DNA of 64,000 bases, from the NCBI GenBank assembly GCA_040217195.1, contig JAVJNR010000002.1, forward strand, positions 64,001-128,000, given 5' to 3'. Source of the DNA: Leptospiraceae bacterium (GTDB lineage Bacteria > Spirochaetota > Leptospiria > Leptospirales > Leptonemataceae). This document shows positions 10,273-18,369 of this stretch, piece by piece; the stretch's first letter is position 1, and every line of letters starts with the position of its first letter. The notes under the pieces are model-generated. The model did no database searches, was not told the origin of the DNA, and saw only the letters and a list, made by a program, of their open reading frames with translations. The translations under genes were made by a program, and so were the position numbers.

Positions 10273-10640
10273 AAAGGCCCGGGCTGCTTTTCCGGAGGAT
10301 CCAGCAACTGGATTCCTGCCTTCTGAAGAATTCTGATGATTTCCTGGCTCCCATTTTCCAGAGGCATGGTGGTCCAGGCCCTTCCCGGCAGTATGGCTAT
10401 GTGCCATCCGGTGGGTAATCTGTCCATCAGCGGTTCCAGCGAAGCTCTGCATTTTCTACGGATTCGGTTGCGAACCACCGCGTTGCCTGTCCTTTTGGAA
10501 ACACAGAAGGCAATCTTGCTTTCCGTGTTGGCCCGAGGCAGGACCATGATTGCGGTATTCTTTCCATGAAATCTGCGTCCAGACTGGAAAAGCTCTCCGA
10601 AGGCCGTGGTGCCTCTGAGTGTGGTTCTCTTCCTGTTAAT
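10254..10640 (-). CDS. rnpA: Ribonuclease P protein component (probable ATT start)
   Basis: VSKRTGNAVVRNRIRR RNR motif; frame extends to [23 protein letters not shown] at 10640. Confidence 0.9.
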   Translation of the reverse strand: MNRKRTTLRGTTAFGELFQSGRRFHGKNTAIMVLPRANTESKIAFCVSKRTGNAVVRNRIRRKCRASLEPLMDRLPTGWHIAILPGRAWTTMPLENGSQEIIRILQKAGIQLLDPPEKQPGPLLNSTN

Positions 10641-10795
10641 TATTTGCGATGCACCCGGTCTGAAACACTGAGAACGGCACGGCCTTTGTTACGACGTCGG
10701 GACAATACCTTGCGGCCGTTCTTGGTGGCCATACGAGCGCGAAATCCGTGAGTACGAACTTTCTTGATTTTGCTCGGTTGATAGGTCCTTTTCAT
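10640..10795 (-). CDS. rpmH: 50S ribosomal protein L34
   Basis: Manual translation [51 protein letters not shown] (51 aa, below ORF-track cutoff). Confidence 0.98.
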   Translation of the reverse strand: MKRTYQPSKIKKVRTHGFRARMATKNGRKVLSRRRNKGRAVLSVSDRVHRK

Positions 10796-11072
10796 GAATT
10801 ACTCCCGAAAAAAAATATTGCGAATCTACCAGACTCCGCCCGGTCTATGGTACGTCAACAGGCTTTCCAGGGATGAGCATCCGGCTGAATTTTCTCTCCG
10901 GGCGAAGCGGAAAATCCATTTCCAGAGTCCAGAAATAGCCGGCTTCGGCAAGTGACAGAACATCGGTTCATGTCCCACAGTATTTTCCCGAGCCAGGATC
11001 TTTTTTCACTTGATCCAGATAGGGCGGGTTTGAGACTTCCGGGGCGCAATTCTATTTCACCTGGAGTCAGCC

Positions 11073-12362
11073 TTGGAAGATGCCTGGTCGCAAACCAAAA
11101 AAGAGCTACAAAAATCAGCTAAGGACAGTAACGTTCGCAGCTGTTTGCAGAATCTCAGGCCCGTTCCCCTGAAGAAAGGCTCCTCCCGGGAGCACTTTGT
11201 TCTGGAAGTGGATAATGCATCCCTTTTGAAGATCGCAGCGCAGCTCAAAGGGCCCATTCAGACCCGACTTTCCACAATTACGGATCGAGCTGTAAGTGTT
11301 GAATTCCGTTTAGCCGGACAGAGCAAGGCCAGAGATACCAGCTGGATTCGGCAGAAAATGGATCTCAGTCGGTTCTGCGAAGGACAGGCGAATCGTATAC
11401 CACTTATGGCAGCCCGAAACATTGTTGAGCAGCCCGGAAAGGTGAACCCTCTATTGATTTCAGGAGATACTGGTACTGGAAAGTCCCATTTACTGAATGC
11501 TATTGCATGCGAGATTGTGCGAAAAAGACCGGACACTCGATGTACACTCATTCGCATGGATGAATTTCCAGCCCATTTCGGAGAACAAATTCTCAAAGGC
11601 AGAAATCTGGCTTTGAAGAACCGTTTTCGCCGAGGCGATGTGCTGTTCATTGAAGATTTCCAGGCGATCCGAGGCGCATCTCCCAATATCCTCGATGAGC
11701 TATATTTTATATTCAATAGTTATTACGAAAATGGCCGCCAGATCGTGGTCACCTCCGATGTTCCCATCAAAGAATTATCCATTTCAAGTCGCTGGCTGAG
11801 CCGATTTCTATCCGGTCTCCAGGTTCGCATGGAGAATCCTGATTCCGAATTACGAAAGCGAATATTGATGCAAAAAATTCAGGATACCGGTCTGAGCCTG
11901 GGAAATGAAAGCATCGCCAGGATCCTGGATCGCCTCAGAGGAAATGCAAGAGACATTGAATCTGCGGTCAACAGACTCTACTTCCTGCAATCCGGCGGAA
12001 TTGAGCTTACCGATGAATTGTTAGAAGAGCAACTGGAGGAGTTTTTATCCCCCAGAATGCAGGGCCCTTTAAGTCCACAAATCATCCTGGAAACCATTTC
12101 GGAAATCTGCGGAGTGCCCAGATCTGAAATCCTGGGAAACTCCAGAAAGATGGAAATCGCATTACCACGACATCTGGCCATGTATCTGGCTGTGCATTTT
12201 TCTGATCTAAATAAGTCGGCAGTAGCAAGATTCTTTCAACGCACGGACCACTCCACAGTGATCCATGCAGAAAGAAAGATTGCGATGAAATTACAGAAGG
12301 AGCCATCTTTTCAACATCTGTTTCGTCAGGTGAGCGAACGTCTGGGGATAAACCGTGGATAA
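11073..12362 (+). CDS. dnaA: Chromosomal replication initiator DnaA (divergent, TTG start)
   Basis: Walker A GDTGTGKSHLL, QIVVTSD, SRF, domain IV PRHLAMYL...DHSTVIHA; between rpmH and dnaN. Confidence 0.93.
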   Translation: MEDAWSQTKKELQKSAKDSNVRSCLQNLRPVPLKKGSSREHFVLEVDNASLLKIAAQLKGPIQTRLSTITDRAVSVEFRLAGQSKARDTSWIRQKMDLSRFCEGQANRIPLMAARNIVEQPGKVNPLLISGDTGTGKSHLLNAIACEIVRKRPDTRCTLIRMDEFPAHFGEQILKGRNLALKNRFRRGDVLFIEDFQAIRGASPNILDELYFIFNSYYENGRQIVVTSDVPIKELSISSRWLSRFLSGLQVRMENPDSELRKRILMQKIQDTGLSLGNESIARILDRLRGNARDIESAVNRLYFLQSGGIELTDELLEEQLEEFLSPRMQGPLSPQIILETISEICGVPRSEILGNSRKMEIALPRHLAMYLAVHFSDLNKSAVARFFQRTDHSTVIHAERKIAMKLQKEPSFQHLFRQVSERLGINRG

Positions 12363-12617
12363 TTCGTCACTCCCTGTGAGTACAGGCGCGAAAATGTGAA
12401 TTCCCTGGAAGATGGCGTTGCAGGACCTTTATCGGGTGCCTGGTTTTTTCTGGTTTTACGTGTTTTTCAATTGCATTTCGTGCTTCCTTTCACAGAAATT
12501 CCTACGGATTATGTCCCGGAGAGGCTCTGTGATCGGGAAGGAATGGTTTTTTTCACATATCCACAGGCCCAATAAAGTACAGCAGTACAAACACACACCA
12601 ATAAAGAGAGTACTGAT
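12343..12617. promoter_or_regulatory. Putative replication origin oriC (DnaA boxes, GC motif, DnaA-trio-like tract)
   Basis: TGGGGATAA 12343-12351, CGTGGATAA 12354-12362, TTTTTCACA 12549-12557, ATATCCACA 12557-12565, GGCCC, then NAN triplets 12571-12594. Confidence 0.8.
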
Positions 12618-13733
12618 ATGAAGTTCGTAGTAGAAAAAGCAGGCTTCCAGAAAGCAATTTCCAGAATCGAAGGAATTATCTCTGCAAGAGAGATCCGTTC
12701 CGTAATTTCGAGCATCTTGATTGAATCAGACAAGGATTCCATAACGCTCACTGCCACCGATCTGGATATCAGCATGAAAACCACTCTGGCTGCCAGAATA
12801 GAGAAGGCTGGAGCCATTACTGCACCGGCCAAAAAGCTAAGCCAGATTATTAAAGAGTTTCGTTTTGAAAGCGTCGAATTCGATAGCGATGCAGAGAACA
12901 AGATATCCATTCGGGATGGAGCTGGAAAAGCGAAAACAGAAATTCATCTAATGGGAGCGCCCTCCGACGAATTCATGCTTCCAAGCCCGATTAAAGACAG
13001 TCATTTCAAACAGTTCCCTCCTGCTCTGGTTAATGAAATGATTCGTCGAACTTCCTATGCGATAGCAGAAGAAGATGCCAGATACGTATTCAACGGACTG
13101 TATATGGAAAGCGAAGGCGACCAGGCAGTCTTCGTAGGTACTGATGGACGACGACTGGCACGAATCGCCAGAAACTTTCCTGAGTCTCTTCCTGTTGACA
13201 AAGGTGTAGTTGTACCTGTAAAAGCGATCCGAGAATTGACGCGAATGATAGGCAACGTGGAAGAAGGTTTCGTTGGGTTTGACACCGAAGAAAGCAGACT
13301 ATATTTTAAACTGGGCGATGTGGAATTGATTACCCGATTGATCGATGGTAATTTTCCAGACTACCGACAGGTAATTCCTCGCAAACTGGATCATGAAGTA
13401 AGATTGAATCGAGAAGCTCTCAGACTTTCTTTGCGTCAGGCAGCGGTACTGGCAGCGGAGCCTTCAAGGCAGATTCGCCTGGAATTCAGTCCTGGAACTC
13501 TGGTGGTCAGTTCATCGACTCCGGACCTTGGTAACGTGAATGATCCCATGAGCTGTGAATATCAGGGCGAAGAAGTAACCATTGCATTTAATTCCAACTA
13601 TCTTCTGGATGTTATCGGAGTACTTAACAGCGAAGATATAACTCTTGGATTTTCTACGGCCAGCGCTCCGACGGTGGTAAAGGATCCAGACGATCCAGAA
13701 TTCGTGGCTGTTGTGATGCCAATGAAGATTTAG
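12618..13733 (+). CDS. dnaN: DNA polymerase III beta sliding clamp
   Basis: ATDLDIS, GTDGRRLA, RLIDGNFPDYRQVIP, IAFNSNYLLD, VVMPMKI. Confidence 0.98.
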   Translation: MKFVVEKAGFQKAISRIEGIISAREIRSVISSILIESDKDSITLTATDLDISMKTTLAARIEKAGAITAPAKKLSQIIKEFRFESVEFDSDAENKISIRDGAGKAKTEIHLMGAPSDEFMLPSPIKDSHFKQFPPALVNEMIRRTSYAIAEEDARYVFNGLYMESEGDQAVFVGTDGRRLARIARNFPESLPVDKGVVVPVKAIRELTRMIGNVEEGFVGFDTEESRLYFKLGDVELITRLIDGNFPDYRQVIPRKLDHEVRLNREALRLSLRQAAVLAAEPSRQIRLEFSPGTLVVSSSTPDLGNVNDPMSCEYQGEEVTIAFNSNYLLDVIGVLNSEDITLGFSTASAPTVVKDPDDPEFVAVVMPMKI

Positions 13734-13745
13734 GACCCCGGGTCC

Positions 13746-14840
13746 GTGTATCTGCGAAACTTACAGCTGCAGCATTTCCGAAATTACGGAGCGCTTAAAC
13801 TGGAATTTCCGGACCGGCTAACTTTTCTTGTAGGTGAAAACGGTTCTGGTAAGACAAATATTCTGGAAGCCATTTCCGTTCTAACGTCGGGAAAATCCTT
13901 CAGGGGTGTGCCGGATCCTGAATTGATTCAGGAAGGACATCCTGGTTTCTTTGTTAGCTGTAGTTATGAATGGAACAATGCGATGCATTCTCTGGAAATG
14001 GGCCTTCAGGCAGAGCCCCGTTTACAGAGAAGAATTAAGAAAGATGGAAAAGTATTACCTTCCCGGGCCGCATTGATCGGAAACCTTGTAAGCGTTGTTT
14101 TCAGTCCAGATGATCTGGAAATCATTCAGGGAGGGCCCACTTCCAGGCGCCGATTCCTGGATGCTTTGCTTTCGCATAGAGACTCCGCCTACCTGGAAAA
14201 CCTCATCCAATATAACCGTGCAGTTCGCCAGAGAAACACTACCCTTAAAGAGATTCGAGCAAATCGAAGCAGGTTACAGATGCTGGAACCCTGGGATCGC
14301 AGCTTGATTGATCTTGGATCCAGAATCACTGCTCAGAGATTAAGATTTCTTTCCGAATACGAACCAATCTTGAATCAGTCCCTGGATCAAATATCTGGCG
14401 GAAAGGATATAATCAAGGTATCTCTTTTTCCCGGGGAAGCTTCTGCTGAAGCTTACAGGCAGGCGTTGCAAGAAAGGCGGATGAGAGATGTGGCCACTGG
14501 ATCCACCACATTTGGTCCTCACAGGGATCGACTGTTATTTCTTTGTCAGGACGGAAGTAATAAAGATGTTCAATTTCGCTTCAGTCAGGGACAGAAGAGA
14601 AGTCTGGTTCTGGCTCTGCGGGTAGGCCAATTCTATTATTTAAAGGAGTATATTGGACGATCTCCTATATTGCTTATTGACGATGTAATTCGAGAGCTGG
14701 ATTATAAGCGAAGGGATTACTTTGTAGATTTGTTGCATCGATGCGGACAGGCTTTCTTCACTACTCCGGACCTGGATGGGCTGGAAGAAGCAGTTTCTCA
14801 AACATCGGCGCGAATCATTTCTGTGCCAGAATTGCACTGA
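13746..14840 (+). CDS. recF: DNA replication/repair protein RecF
   Basis: FRNY, GENGSGKTNILEAI, RRRFLD, GPHRD, SQGQKR, LLIDDV. Confidence 0.97.
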   Translation: MYLRNLQLQHFRNYGALKLEFPDRLTFLVGENGSGKTNILEAISVLTSGKSFRGVPDPELIQEGHPGFFVSCSYEWNNAMHSLEMGLQAEPRLQRRIKKDGKVLPSRAALIGNLVSVVFSPDDLEIIQGGPTSRRRFLDALLSHRDSAYLENLIQYNRAVRQRNTTLKEIRANRSRLQMLEPWDRSLIDLGSRITAQRLRFLSEYEPILNQSLDQISGGKDIIKVSLFPGEASAEAYRQALQERRMRDVATGSTTFGPHRDRLLFLCQDGSNKDVQFRFSQGQKRSLVLALRVGQFYYLKEYIGRSPILLIDDVIRELDYKRRDYFVDLLHRCGQAFFTTPDLDGLEEAVSQTSARIISVPELH

Positions 14841-14897
14841 GCTTTTTCGTGGAATGACCGGCTTTATGTATTCAGCCGGGAACTGGAGAAAGATACA

Positions 14898-15359
14898 ATG
14901 GATAAGAGCCAGAAATCGAAAAGCAGCAAAAAGAATGATCCAGCCAGGGTATCTGAATCAAATGATTCCAGGCTTCCATCGGAAAACGCCCCGAACAGGC
15001 AGGTAAACTGGAACCCCTGGAAAGAATTAGACGGTAGAGCATTACCCTTTCGAGGTCCTGAATCCATTCAGGTTCTTCAGGGAGAGTTTAGAAAACGGAT
15101 GGAACATCTACTTGGAATCACAGAAGTAGAAAGTCAGATTCATTCCATTCAACAGAACTGGGAAAGCCTGGCAGGGCTACTGGCAGATCATAGTGAACCC
15201 GTGGAAATAAAGGATGAGCGTCTGGTTATTATGGTTCCGGAAAGTGTATATGCCCAGGAACTGCAGCTGCATAGTCGCAAGATCCTTAAATCTATAGAAA
15301 AAACATTTGGCTTTAGGCTCAAAGGGATACAGATTAGGAGGACTGGATTCCGAAAATAG
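14898..15359 (+). CDS. DUF721/DciA family protein
   Basis: WESLAGLLADHSEPVEIKDERLVIMV..SVYAQELQL pattern; position after recF. Confidence 0.8.
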   Translation: MDKSQKSKSSKKNDPARVSESNDSRLPSENAPNRQVNWNPWKELDGRALPFRGPESIQVLQGEFRKRMEHLLGITEVESQIHSIQQNWESLAGLLADHSEPVEIKDERLVIMVPESVYAQELQLHSRKILKSIEKTFGFRLKGIQIRRTGFRK

Positions 15360-15368
15360 AAGATAGTC

Positions 15369-15731
15369 ATGTTGACCCTGGTAGCAGTAGCCGGCCTATG
15401 TCTGGCGGTAATCGTATTTTTGAATATGCTTTCTCCGAGTGCTTTGCAGCCGGCCAGCGGTACCATGCAAAAAAGAAAGAATGGTTCCGATCAGGATCCA
15501 CCTCGTCTGGATGCGAAGAAGGTTCTCAATATGGCACCAGGGCCTGAAAGACCCAGGATTTGTCCGGTTTGCGGGACCTTATTGGGCCAAACGGATTATC
15601 TTTATGCAGCCCTGGAACCGGAACCTAAGACCGAGCGTAAACGGCAGGCGCACATCTACGGCTGTGGCTATTGTCTGGATCAGGATGGCGTTGTTCGGAA
15701 CAAGAAATCCATAGCAGAGATTGAACCTTGA
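15369..15731 (+). CDS. Membrane-anchored hypothetical protein with putative zinc ribbon
   Basis: N-terminal TM; CPVC...CGYC. Confidence 0.75.
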   Translation: MLTLVAVAGLCLAVIVFLNMLSPSALQPASGTMQKRKNGSDQDPPRLDAKKVLNMAPGPERPRICPVCGTLLGQTDYLYAALEPEPKTERKRQAHIYGCGYCLDQDGVVRNKKSIAEIEP

Positions 15732-15742
15732 TCGAACCAGGT

Positions 15743-16597
15743 TTAGATCGCTCGGATTGCTACGGCCAGACCAGCCAGAACCTGCACGACTGAGAAGCCT
15801 CGTTTCAGATGTAAACCCTTCACTCGATTCTTTAGTGCAGCTCCCGAAAATCCACCGATTAGCGCACCGACTCCGAAAGGAATGGCATAGGGCAGATAAT
15901 AGTGGCCCAGACTCGGTTCCGGTACTGGAACAAAGTTATCCTGGAAGGCGTATAGAACGGAGCCATAGAAGGCGCTGAAGATAATGCAGAAACTGGATGT
16001 TGCAACTGCTTCAGCTGGTTTTCTACCTGGCAGTGTCCAGAGAAACAATGGCACCAGTACAACCCCGCCCCCCAGACCGGTAAGGGCCGAAAGCATACCC
16101 ACAAAGAACCCGGCCAGACAATAGAATAGTATCTGCATCTTTTCCGGAAAGGGCCTCTCGGGATTGTACCTGGATATATCGTCTTCCTTTCCAGCAGATG
16201 AGGATTTGCGAAAAAAGCCAATGATACCTGTTATAGTAACTATGGCAGCAAAGATCAGTGAAAGGGCGCGAAAGCTTAGTAATCCACTAACTTCCACTCC
16301 CAGATAGGAACCTGGTAGACTGAATAGGCTAACAATGAGACCTGGGATGAAATGGATTCGCTTACTGAGGATGTTGGAGGCAGATGCCGAAACAGATAAA
16401 AAAAGAGCCGTTAGCAGTGAAATTGCTACAGCAGTGTGCGCCAGGCCAGAACCATCAGTGGCAGGCCAATGCAAACTGCCCATGAAAATGAGAAATGGAA
16501 CCGTAAGCGTGCCGCCTCCGATTCCAAAAGCCCCGGAGATAAGAGAAATTCCGATGGCTACAACAAGCATTATCCAGATTTCACTTGCGATCATCAC
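15743..16597 (-). CDS. Sulfite exporter TauE/SafE family membrane protein
   Basis: Duplicated SGAFGIGGG / SALTGLGGG motifs, AVATS. Confidence 0.9.
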   Translation of the reverse strand: MMIASEIWIMLVVAIGISLISGAFGIGGGTLTVPFLIFMGSLHWPATDGSGLAHTAVAISLLTALFLSVSASASNILSKRIHFIPGLIVSLFSLPGSYLGVEVSGLLSFRALSLIFAAIVTITGIIGFFRKSSSAGKEDDISRYNPERPFPEKMQILFYCLAGFFVGMLSALTGLGGGVVLVPLFLWTLPGRKPAEAVATSSFCIIFSAFYGSVLYAFQDNFVPVPEPSLGHYYLPYAIPFGVGALIGGFSGAALKNRVKGLHLKRGFSVVQVLAGLAVAIRAI

Positions 16598-16663
16598 TCA
16601 ATCGTCAAATATTCCGATATCTCCCGGATGACAAACAGAAAGGATTTCTGAAGGCATACATAT

Positions 16664-17575
16664 ATGAAAAGCTATAATGAACTGGACCCATCTAATTCCA
16701 GGAAGGCAAAGGAGCTTCTCAAGGATTTGCTCCTTAACCTGGAAACCAAGAAATCTTCACGACGCGATGCAAAATTAATTCCAGATGAAGAGATGATTCA
16801 TCAGGCTCTGGCTCATCCTGAACGTGGCGATGTAGAAGTAATTTTTATTGATCTGGGGCATTCGCAGCAGTTATTTCTGGGAAATCGACGGGATGTAGAA
16901 AATCCATTCGCAGTTATGCGAGTCGCTGAGATGCGAGAATTTCCTGGAAGGCGGCTGCTGGACGGAGAGCAGAATACTCAAAAGGCAGATACCGTAGCCC
17001 TGTTTTTAATTACAGTTCAAGACAGGGAATTACTTCGCACGGAACGAAAGAACAAATATGTTTTTTACAGTATGCATCTGGGAATAACGGGTGAAAAAGC
17101 AGTGGCCCCACCTACGTCTTCGGGAAGCACCGGACTGCGCAGTGCGGTGGACTCACAGAAAACCGTGGCTGAAATGACTCCCCGGGAACAGTGGGAGTTA
17201 ATTCGAACTGGTGGTGACTTCGACAGACGAGTCAATGAAGCCCGGGAAAATCTGTTTTCTATTCCATTCATCTATCCCAAATACAAGCAGTCTTCCAGAG
17301 AAGAAATAATCAAAATATCGCCGGAGCATTACCAGGACAATGTTCGTATGCTGGCGAGGGACATTTATCCGCCGAATGTAATGGCCGTGCTTCGCAGGGA
17401 CTTTCCAAAGGACCATCAAATACAGAAGAATACGGTGATAGAGAAAATGCAGGCCTTCAAAGAGGCGTTGAAGACCAAAGTTATGGATGATGTGCATCCA
17501 GATTATCAGGATCACATTAAAGCAGTGCAGTCCTATGTTGAACAGCTTATCAGGGATGAACTGACGAAGATTTAG
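16664..17575 (+). CDS. Hypothetical soluble protein
   Basis: 303 aa ORF with natural composition, no family recognised. Confidence 0.75.
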   Translation: MKSYNELDPSNSRKAKELLKDLLLNLETKKSSRRDAKLIPDEEMIHQALAHPERGDVEVIFIDLGHSQQLFLGNRRDVENPFAVMRVAEMREFPGRRLLDGEQNTQKADTVALFLITVQDRELLRTERKNKYVFYSMHLGITGEKAVAPPTSSGSTGLRSAVDSQKTVAEMTPREQWELIRTGGDFDRRVNEARENLFSIPFIYPKYKQSSREEIIKISPEHYQDNVRMLARDIYPPNVMAVLRRDFPKDHQIQKNTVIEKMQAFKEALKTKVMDDVHPDYQDHIKAVQSYVEQLIRDELTKI

Positions 17576-17655
17576 TAAACGTGCCATCTGCGCAGGGACG
17601 GTATCAGAAATCAAACTGCGCTAGAGCTTACCGGCAGGTGGTTTGTCCTTCGCAG

Positions 17656-18369
17656 CTATTTGATTTTTAATCGTGCCATGACCGGCAAATGATCTGATGC
17701 TACTCTGGTTCTCTTATTCAATAGAACCTTGTGCTCTATGAGTTCTACTCGTCGGTTCAAAAACAATTTGTCGATTCGAATTAGCGGTGATGGAGTGTAG
17801 GAAGGAAATGAATGCATGCGATTGCCTTTGTAGGTATCGTAGAATCCACCTTCTGCAAGTAATGGGTTTAGTTTTCCAACGCGGTCATTTGTATCGCCCA
17901 GCATGATGACCGGCCTATCTCTTACCATTTCTAAAAAGGATGATTCAAGGATCATTCTCATTTGAGAGATTCGTTCGAATCCGGCGAGCCCCAGATGAAA
18001 ATTTAATACTGCGATTTCACCAGCTGGAGTATCAATTCTGGACATGAGGCATCCCCGTGGTTTCTTTATGCCCCAGGTGATATTCAAGTTCTCAGAATGA
18101 ACGATGGGAAACCGAGAAAGGGTAGCATTGCCATAGGCTCCTTTTTTCAGTTGGACATTCAATCCCAGTTCATATTGCATCTGCAGAGATTCAGCCAGCT
18201 TCCGGGCCAGGTCATCGTTATGGGACCTGGGTACCTGAAAATCTACTTCCTGAAGACATAGAATGTCTGCGGAAGACTCCTGGAGAATTTCCTGAATGCG
18301 CTGCGGCTGGTAGGAGCGGTCATTCCCTATGGCTTTATGTATATTGTAGGTTAGGACCGAAATTTCCAT
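17656..18369 (-). CDS. Endonuclease/exonuclease/phosphatase (EEP) family protein
   Basis: LTYNIH, LCLQEVD, YGNATLSRFP, GDTN, RIDKLF, ASDHLPV. Confidence 0.93.
   Translation of the reverse strand: MEISVLTYNIHKAIGNDRSYQPQRIQEILQESSADILCLQEVDFQVPRSHNDDLARKLAESLQMQYELGLNVQLKKGAYGNATLSRFPIVHSENLNITWGIKKPRGCLMSRIDTPAGEIAVLNFHLGLAGFERISQMRMILESSFLEMVRDRPVIMLGDTNDRVGKLNPLLAEGGFYDTYKGNRMHSFPSYTPSPLIRIDKLFLNRRVELIEHKVLLNKRTRVASDHLPVMARLKIK

Noticed and set aside
10796..11072. DnaA-box cluster in the rpmH-dnaA spacer
   Set aside because: Only matches with 2 or more mismatches; the dnaA-dnaN spacer is the better origin candidate.
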